Origin: Planctomycetota bacterium | Lineage (GTDB): Bacteria > Planctomycetota > Phycisphaerae > UBA1845 | Assembly (NCBI GenBank): GCA_030616775.1 | Contig: JAUWWQ010000019.1 | Coordinates: 1,130-65,129, forward strand | Direction: 5' to 3' | Length of the DNA: 64,000 nucleotides | Shown: one piece after another, positions 57,579 to 64,000 of the stretch | How the letters are laid out: every line of letters starts with the position of its first letter | Position numbering within the stretch: the stretch's first letter is position 1 | Notes under the pieces: model-generated | Databases searched by the model: none | What the model was told of the DNA's origin: nothing | The model's input: only the letters and a program-made list of their open reading frames with translations | Made by a program: the position numbers and the translations under genes

Positions 57579-59382
57579 CAAGGACCACTCCGTTGAAGCT
57601 GACCATTTCGCTCGCCGGGTGCGCCAGGCCGACAACCTGCGCCGCCGCCCCGACAGGACCACTGGCTCCATTCAATCCAGTGCCGCTTGCAGTTGAAGAG
57701 TTCCGCGCCCCATGTAGCGGCCGACCCCCGTGTCGGCCGTGGAGATCATCGCTTCCTGGGAAGCTCGGATCGGGACCGGCGCTGGCCCGCATTGCCACCC
57801 CAGGACCTCCCAGGATATTCCGTTCGATGGCGACCTCAAACTGACTGAGCATCGGCTTCGGATACACGCCGAGGATCACGCAACATATCGCGATGGGCGC
57901 CAGGATCGACTTCTCGCGGTGGGTCAGATCCCTTGTCAAGCCGGTGGAAGTATCCGGCGTGTCCGCCGGCTCTTTGACCGGACCGAACAAGACCCGCTGA
58001 CACATCCATAGCATGTACACCGCACCGAGAATGATGCCCAAGGCCGCGGGGATCACATAGGCAAACCCGAGCGGTCCGGGGGCGATCCCGTCGCTCATCC
58101 CCGCCGATGTCGCCGTTCCCAGCAGGACCAGGAACTCACCGACAAAGCCGTTCAGTCCCGGCAGCCCGATGCTGCTGAGCGTGAAGAAGATGAGGAAAAA
58201 GGCCAACCAGGGCATTTGCCTGGCGAGTCCGCCGACCTTGTTGATGTCGCGTGTGTGATACCGTTCGTACATGCACCCGACGATAAGGAACAAGGCCCCG
58301 GTCGACAGGCCGTGGTTGATCATGTAGAGCACGCCGCCGCTGACACCGGCCACCTTCAGGCTGAACAACCCCAGCATGCAAAAGCCCAGATGCGACACCG
58401 ACGAGTATGCCACCAGCTTCTTGATGTCGGTTTGGACCCAGGCGGCCAGGGCCGCGTAGATGATCCCGATGATCGCCACGACGGCGACAATGGGGGCCAG
58501 CATAAACGATGCGTCCGGTAGGATCGGGATGCTCAGCCGGCAGAAACCATAGGTGCCGAGCTTGAGCAATACACTGGCCAGGATCACGCTGCCTGCCGTC
58601 GGAGCTTCGGTGTGCGCTAATGGCAGCCAGGTGTGGAATGGGAAAAGGGGCACCTTGATGGCGAAGCCGGCTGCAAACGCCAAGAACAGCCACCTCTGCA
58701 CGTTGAGTGGTATCTCGCCGCTTTGGCCCATTCGCGTGAGCGTTTGAAGGTTCAGCGTAATTGCCCCGGTCGTCGTGTATGCGAAATAGGCCAGGTAAAC
58801 GATTCCTGCGAATGTCAGCACACTGCCGGCGATCGTATAAACGAAGAACTTGTTGGCCGCCCATCGGCGCTGAGGTCCACCCCAGATCCCGATCAGGAAA
58901 TACAGGGGTATCAGGGTAAACTCGAAGAACACGTAGAACAGCAGCAGGTCCCGGGCGCAGAAAACGCCGAGCAGGCCGACCTGCAACAACAGCAGTAATA
59001 TATAATACTCACGAACGCGCGTGCGGATAGCGGTGAAACTCGACCAGATCGCCAAAGGCGAAAGCAGTGCCGTCATCGCCAGGAGCCAGATGCTGATCCC
59101 GTCCACCCCGACGCGATAGGCGATGTCGATCGCCGCGCCTTCCGCCTCACCGCTGACGATCCAGGGAACATACGCAGTTAGAACGAAATCACCTGATCCG
59201 CCGCCCTCCGAAGTTCCCATATGAAATCGAACGACGGCGTATACCGTAAGCGCCAACGTGACAAACGCGTAATACAACGCACCTTCACGAATCGCGGCGT
59301 CATTGCCGCGCCGGGCGAGCAAAAGCGCGAAGGCTCCCACAAACGGTGAGAAGATGATGATTGTGAGAATCCAACTATCCAC
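57568..59382 (-). CDS. nuoM: NADH-quinone oxidoreductase subunit M
   Basis: An antiporter-like subunit (WLPLAHTEAPTAGSVILASVLLKLGTYG). It has a low-complexity C-terminal extension of about 85 aa that overlaps the nuoN start. Confidence 0.92.
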   Translation of the reverse strand: MDSWILTIIIFSPFVGAFALLLARRGNDAAIREGALYYAFVTLALTVYAVVRFHMGTSEGGGSGDFVLTAYVPWIVSGEAEGAAIDIAYRVGVDGISIWLLAMTALLSPLAIWSSFTAIRTRVREYYILLLLLQVGLLGVFCARDLLLFYVFFEFTLIPLYFLIGIWGGPQRRWAANKFFVYTIAGSVLTFAGIVYLAYFAYTTTGAITLNLQTLTRMGQSGEIPLNVQRWLFLAFAAGFAIKVPLFPFHTWLPLAHTEAPTAGSVILASVLLKLGTYGFCRLSIPILPDASFMLAPIVAVVAIIGIIYAALAAWVQTDIKKLVAYSSVSHLGFCMLGLFSLKVAGVSGGVLYMINHGLSTGALFLIVGCMYERYHTRDINKVGGLARQMPWLAFFLIFFTLSSIGLPGLNGFVGEFLVLLGTATSAGMSDGIAPGPLGFAYVIPAALGIILGAVYMLWMCQRVLFGPVKEPADTPDTSTGLTRDLTHREKSILAPIAICCVILGVYPKPMLSQFEVAIERNILGGPGVAMRASAGPDPSFPGSDDLHGRHGGRPLHGARNSSTASGTGLNGASGPVGAAAQVVGLAHPASEMVSFNGVVLDER

Positions 59383-59409
59383 TGTCTTTGCCTTGTGCGC
59401 CCCGCCGGG

Positions 59410-61383
59410 TCATGCCCAGAACACCAGCAATACGATGATGGCGATGCCCGCCACCATACTTAGCGCATATCCCTGCAACATTCCGGACTGGAACGGCCGC
59501 AACAGGAGCCCGATGCCGCGCACGATCGCTGTCACCAGCCAGAGCAGTCCATCGATAAGGTAGTCGTCCAATCCGACACAGACGTGAGCAGTCTGTCGAG
59601 CCGGCTCGACCACACCCGCGTCGTATACTTCGTCGAAGTAATACTTGTTCCACAGCGTCCGGTAGCTCCGTGGAGCCGATGCCCTGATCAAACCGGGCAG
59701 CCAGTCCTGCCGCATGTAGAGTATGTAGGCTGCGAGAATCCCGACGATCGCCAGCCCGCCGGAGATAATCATCAGCCCGTATTCAGTCCAGAAGCCGGCA
59801 TGCGCGGTGGCGGCCACCCCGTGCGCGGCTGCGTGGGCCGGACTGGCCGCTGCGAACGTATGCTCGAAAACCGGTGCCAGAAAATGATGGAAGCTCCGCC
59901 CGGTCGCTTCGATGTTGACGTAACCGGCGCCGATCGCACCGATACTGAGAATAACCAGCGGCACCAACATCCATTTGCCGGACTCGTGCGGATGCACTCC
60001 CTCCGGCACGCGCTGAGGTCCGTAAAAGGCCAGAAACACCATGCGGAAAGTGTAGAACGCCGTAAGCAGGGCCGTCACAAGACCAAGGACTCCGAGCACC
60101 GGATGGACGGTCAGCGCGTGATGAATGATCTCATCTTTGCTGAAAAACCCGCTCAAAAGTGGGAAACCGGCCAGCGCAAGTGAACCGGCCATAAACGTCA
60201 GGAACGTCCACGGGAGAATCTTCCGCAAGCCGCCGAATTGACGGATGTCGATAATCCCACCCATCGCATGCATCACGCTGCCTGCGGCCAAGAACAACAG
60301 AGCTTTGAAAAAGGCGTGGGTGAACAGATGAAAAATGGCCGAGTCCGCCGCATATACCCCGACCCCGAGCACCATGTAGCCCAACTGACTGATCGTCGAA
60401 TAGGCTAAGATGCGCTTCATGTCCGTCTGGGCCAGTGCAATCGTCGCGGCAAACAGGGCGGTAATGCCACCGACGATCGCCACGGCCGTCATGGCGATCG
60501 GCGACGCGGTGAAGATCGCCCCGCACCGGGCTATCATGTAGACTCCGGCTGTCACCATCGTGGCAGCGTGAATCAGAGCGGAGACCGGCGAAGGACCTTC
60601 CATCGCGTCCGGCAGCCACACGTGCAGCGGAAGCTGGGCGCTCTTTCCGCAGGCCCCGCAGAGCAGCAGCAGGGCGATAGTGGTGATCCGACCGTTGGTA
60701 AGTGCATCACCCACGCCGGTCATCCCTTCTTGAACCATCTGAAAGACGAGCCCGTATTCAAGAGTACCGAACGTAAAGTAGATCAGCAGGATGCCGAGCC
60801 CGAAGCCGAAGTCTCCCACACGGTTGACCAGAAACGCCTTCTTGGCCGCCGCGGCGGCCGCCGGCCTGCCGTAGTAGAAGCCGATCAGCAAATAACTGCA
60901 TAGACCGACCGCCTCCCAGCCCAAATAGAGCAGCAGGAAGTTGCCGCTGAGCACCAGGGCACACATCGAAAAAACGAACAACGCCAGGAAGGCGAAGAAC
61001 CGCTCGTAGCCGCGGAGCGGACTGCCATGTTCGCGCATGTAATCGCGAGAGTAGATAACGACCAGCAGGGAAATGCCCGTCACTGTCAGCAACATGATCG
61101 CAGTGAGCGGGTCAATGAGAAAGTCGACCGTAAAGGCCGCATCCGTGCCGTTGGTTATCCATTCGTAAACGGAAACCGCTGCGGCGGTCTCGCCGGCCGG
61201 TGCGCTGCGAACCTGGCCGAACAGCACGATTGCGGCTATGAAGGCCGCGGCGACACCGAGAATCGCCGGCCAATGGGAGCGCCCGTGCAGCTTCACCGGG
61301 CCCAGCGCACCTGCCAACACCGCACCTGCCAGCGGCGCCAACAGAATCACAATCCCACAGATTTTCAGCGTCTCAATCGACAT
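59410..61383 (-). CDS. nuoL: NADH-quinone oxidoreductase subunit L
   Basis: 657 aa. WLPDAMEGPSPVSALIHAATMVTAGVY, with a C-terminal lateral-helix region. Confidence 0.95.
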   Translation of the reverse strand: MSIETLKICGIVILLAPLAGAVLAGALGPVKLHGRSHWPAILGVAAAFIAAIVLFGQVRSAPAGETAAAVSVYEWITNGTDAAFTVDFLIDPLTAIMLLTVTGISLLVVIYSRDYMREHGSPLRGYERFFAFLALFVFSMCALVLSGNFLLLYLGWEAVGLCSYLLIGFYYGRPAAAAAAKKAFLVNRVGDFGFGLGILLIYFTFGTLEYGLVFQMVQEGMTGVGDALTNGRITTIALLLLCGACGKSAQLPLHVWLPDAMEGPSPVSALIHAATMVTAGVYMIARCGAIFTASPIAMTAVAIVGGITALFAATIALAQTDMKRILAYSTISQLGYMVLGVGVYAADSAIFHLFTHAFFKALLFLAAGSVMHAMGGIIDIRQFGGLRKILPWTFLTFMAGSLALAGFPLLSGFFSKDEIIHHALTVHPVLGVLGLVTALLTAFYTFRMVFLAFYGPQRVPEGVHPHESGKWMLVPLVILSIGAIGAGYVNIEATGRSFHHFLAPVFEHTFAAASPAHAAAHGVAATAHAGFWTEYGLMIISGGLAIVGILAAYILYMRQDWLPGLIRASAPRSYRTLWNKYYFDEVYDAGVVEPARQTAHVCVGLDDYLIDGLLWLVTAIVRGIGLLLRPFQSGMLQGYALSMVAGIAIIVLLVFWA

Positions 61384-61399
61384 CAGGTTTGCAGATCTC

Positions 61400-61702
61400 T
61401 TATCCTCGCATTAGTGACCATGCCTCGGAATCGAGCGTTCCCCTCCGACGGTACAGCAGCACGATCATTCCAAGCGCCAAGCCGGCTTCGACAGCCGCAA
61501 TCACCAACTGAAACAGCGCGAAAGCCTGACCGTCGATGTGATGATGCAGGCGGGCGAAAGCCACCGCGTTAATCACCACTCCTTGAAACATCACTTCCGT
61601 CGACAGGAAGATAACGATCAGGTTGCGGCGCGACAGAAAACCGACCAGCCCGAGGGCAAACAGAATCGCACCGAGGATCAGATATTCAGCAATCCCGGGC
61701 AT
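61400..61702 (-). CDS. nuoK: NADH-quinone oxidoreductase subunit K
   Basis: 100 aa with 3 TM helices. LSTEVMFQGVVINAV...AAVEAGLALGMIVLLYR. Confidence 0.92.
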   Translation of the reverse strand: MPGIAEYLILGAILFALGLVGFLSRRNLIVIFLSTEVMFQGVVINAVAFARLHHHIDGQAFALFQLVIAAVEAGLALGMIVLLYRRRGTLDSEAWSLMRG

Positions 61703-62472
61703 CAGTAAGGCTCCACCTCCCTGCCGACCTGCCCGATCGGTCTTACCGGTGCGGCAAAACGCTCCACCGGCACTTTCTTCCGTGACATTGCAATGGCACC
61801 GACCATAGCAACCAGCAACAACACACCGGCAATCTCCAACGCAACAACGTACTTGGTCATCACCGCCGCACCGATTGCGCCCGTGTTGCTGTCATGTAGC
61901 TGCGACGCAGCGTCCTGAGCGTCGGCTGTGGGTACCGCGACGGTTGGCGGTGACGCGGGCTGAGGTAAGTCTTCAGCCCGGCCGGCGACCGCCGCCATCA
62001 ATACGAACCCCGCCAGCACCGCCAAGAGCGGTTCGCGCGAGCGCCGGTCATAAACGGGTGACCCTCCCTGGTAGGCCAACATGATGACGAACAAATACGT
62101 GACCAGAATCGCCCCGGCATAGATCATTACCAGGGCGACAGCGAGAAACTCCGCCCGCTGCAGCACGAGCAGAGCGGCCACGGCGATCACCACTAACACG
62201 AAGTACAAAGCGCAGTAGACCGGTTTTGGGTGTGTAATGACACGGGCAGCCGCGAGTACGGCGATCGTTGCGAACAGATAAAAGTATACGGTCGTCGCAT
62301 CAGGCAAGATCACCCGAGCGGCCAGCACCGTCAATAATCCGGCCACCGAAATAACCCCGATCACCGCCCCGGCAAGGGCCTGTGACCTTCCTGCTTTGGG
62401 CAGCAACAGGTAGATGCCCACGCCGCCCAGGGCGAAGATCAAGTAAAGCAGATGGGCTGTGGTCGGCGTCAT
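61702..62472 (-). CDS. nuoJ: NADH-quinone oxidoreductase subunit J
   Basis: 256 aa, polytopic. Its position between nuoI and nuoK fits, and the YAGAILVTYLFVIML motif is present. Confidence 0.85.
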   Translation of the reverse strand: MTPTTAHLLYLIFALGGVGIYLLLPKAGRSQALAGAVIGVISVAGLLTVLAARVILPDATTVYFYLFATIAVLAAARVITHPKPVYCALYFVLVVIAVAALLVLQRAEFLAVALVMIYAGAILVTYLFVIMLAYQGGSPVYDRRSREPLLAVLAGFVLMAAVAGRAEDLPQPASPPTVAVPTADAQDAASQLHDSNTGAIGAAVMTKYVVALEIAGVLLLVAMVGAIAMSRKKVPVERFAAPVRPIGQVGREVEPY

Positions 62473-63062
62473 GCTTTGGCCTCGTCTTTCGGCGGCTCAG
62501 CTTGTTCCGGTCGATTTCCCGTGCCGGGATACCCGGTAATACGCGGGTTTTTCCGCGGTTTGAGATCCCTGGTCCCGTCGTATATGGAGAGCAACTCCTC
62601 CTTGTCGAGGATCATTTCCTGGCGCGATCGACCTACAAGGTCATAATGTGGTGTCAATTCGATGGCATCTACCGGGCAGGCCTCCTCACACATGCCGCAA
62701 TATATGCAGCGCAGTTCGTCGATGTCGAACTTGACGGGGTACTTCTCCCGATCGTCCCAGGCGGATTCGCCGGCCTCGATATGGATGCAACGGACCGGGC
62801 ACGCCGTCGCACACATGAAGCACGCCACGCAGGCGACACGGCCCTGCTCATCGCGATTGAGCCGGTGCACGCCGCGATAGTTCTCCACACGAAGCTGGCG
62901 CTGCTCCTCCGGATACTGAACGGTGATCGGCCGCTTGAACAAGCTTTTGCCCAGGTGCCGGAGCGTCACTATCATGCCGTCAACGATCTGCGGAATGTAC
63001 AGTCGCTCCGCCGCGTTTAGCCGAGGCTCGTCGAGCAACAGAATGTCGTCATCTTTAATCAT
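62469..63062 (-). CDS. nuoI: NADH-quinone oxidoreductase subunit I (2x[4Fe-4S])
   Basis: Two ferredoxin motifs, CVACFMCATACP and CIYCGMCEEACP. Confidence 0.92.
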   Translation of the reverse strand: MIKDDDILLLDEPRLNAAERLYIPQIVDGMIVTLRHLGKSLFKRPITVQYPEEQRQLRVENYRGVHRLNRDEQGRVACVACFMCATACPVRCIHIEAGESAWDDREKYPVKFDIDELRCIYCGMCEEACPVDAIELTPHYDLVGRSRQEMILDKEELLSIYDGTRDLKPRKNPRITGYPGTGNRPEQAEPPKDEAKA

Positions 63063-63088
63063 GCCGATGCCATCAGTGTGTGCGTGCG

Positions 63089-64000
63089 TTACGTTCTCGC
63101 CGTCCCCGTAGAAACCGGACCGGGCCGGATCGACGGCAGGTTCGCCTGCCGGCCGGTTACCTCAACCTGCGATAAGCCCGCGGCTGCAAGCACGATCGCC
63201 AGAACCACCGCGTTGCCCAAAAGCGCCCATGGTAATGACTGCTGCCGGCCCACATAAACTAGGATCACGGCCAGGGTAAAAAGACCCAGCGTGATGGGGA
63301 TCAAGCCCTTCCACGCCAACCTCAACAATTGATCGAAACGCAGTCGCGGCAGCGTCCAGCGAAGCCACATCATCAGGAAGATGAAAAACGTGATCTTGCC
63401 CGCAAGGACCAGCATCTTGGCGATCACCGCGTACCACGCTGTCGCCTCGGGCTGCGTCCACGCGATCCACGGAAAATGCCAACCGCCCAGAAACAAGACC
63501 GCGATGAATCCGCTGGCGGTTATCATGTGGGCGTATTCGGCCAGGAGGAACATCCCGAACTTCAGGCCGCTGTATTCCGTGTGGTACCCGCCGACCAGCT
63601 CTTGTTCAGCCTCGGGAAGGTCAAACGGCATGCGGTTGGACTCCGCCAGCGCCGTGATCAAGAAAACAAGAAAGGCCAGCGGGTGAAGAATGACATTCCA
63701 CATGGGAAGGATGCCGCCCCAGTATTCAGTCTGCTGAAGTGTGATGCTCTCGAGCCGCAGCGTCCCCATGGTCAGTACGACGACGAGAATACAAAGCCCC
63801 AGGGGAATCTCGTAGGAGAGCATCTGAGCGGCCGCACGAATGCCCCCGTAGAATGAGTATTTATTATTGCTGGACCAGCCGCCCAGGACCACGCCGTACA
63901 CCCCTATCGAGGCCACGCCCAGGATATAGAGCAGGCCGATGTCCGGCTTGGCCACTTGAATGTCGACCAGATTCTCACCCAGTTGCAGTTGGCCGCCCCA
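63089..64000 (-). CDS. nuoH: NADH-quinone oxidoreductase subunit H (5' end beyond window)
   Basis: SNNKYSFYGGIRAAAQMLSYEIPLGL and ESNRMPFDLPEAEQELVGGYHTEYSG are NuoH/ND1 signatures. The reading frame stays open to the window edge. Confidence 0.9.
   Translation of the reverse strand, partial: WGGQLQLGENLVDIQVAKPDIGLLYILGVASIGVYGVVLGGWSSNNKYSFYGGIRAAAQMLSYEIPLGLCILVVVLTMGTLRLESITLQQTEYWGGILPMWNVILHPLAFLVFLITALAESNRMPFDLPEAEQELVGGYHTEYSGLKFGMFLLAEYAHMITASGFIAVLFLGGWHFPWIAWTQPEATAWYAVIAKMLVLAGKITFFIFLMMWLRWTLPRLRFDQLLRLAWKGLIPITLGLFTLAVILVYVGRQQSLPWALLGNAVVLAIVLAAAGLSQVEVTGRQANLPSIRPGPVSTGTART

Overview
This is a high-GC bacterial chromosomal segment. No rRNA genes, CRISPR arrays or intact IS elements were seen. 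The gene content points to Planctomycetota, possibly Phycisphaerae-like, but this is inference and no search was possible. The supporting genes are a DUF1559 prepilin-type protein, DUF1570, a small basic protein, a Ser/Thr-kinase-linked ECF sigma, IPTL-/PEP-CTERM tails, and many TPR/FG-GAP secreted proteins.

Core blocks:
- nusA-infB-(zinc-ribbon membrane protein)-DUF503-rbfA-HhH-TPR operon on the minus strand (0.1-10.8 kb).
- cspA with its promoter and terminator (28.1 kb), and an aminotransferase.
- larC and a carbon-nitrogen hydrolase.
- A PEP-CTERM protein plus a Wza-like exporter.
- trkA-trkH (50.7-53.6 kb) and nnrE.
- nuoH-I-J-K-L-M-N on the minus strand (56-64 kb); nuoH runs off the window.

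Accessory content:
- An M4 metalloprotease.
- Three IPTL-CTERM-tailed secreted proteins.
- A decayed tRNA-Val integrative element carrying a C-type lectin.
- A 7-blade FG-GAP/TSP3 protein.
- A 1087-aa lipoprotein.

Most interesting observations:
1. An in-frame TGA sits exactly at the first Cys position of a thioredoxin-type W-C-x-x-C motif. A GGUC-loop hairpin lies 13 nt downstream. This makes the gene a candidate UxxC selenoprotein with an IPTL-CTERM anchor.
2. A second in-frame TGA interrupts an otherwise intact FHA-GAF-PP2C phosphatase.
3. tRNA-Val(CAC) has a 47-nt direct repeat of its 3' half, which brackets an integrase remnant and a lower-GC lectin gene.
4. A Ser/Thr kinase with an N-terminal HxxxCxxC anti-sigma-type motif lies directly upstream of an ECF sigma.
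5. Several dispersed intergenic hairpin repeat families are present.

Coordinates of non-ORF features were hand-counted and may be off by 1-2 nt.
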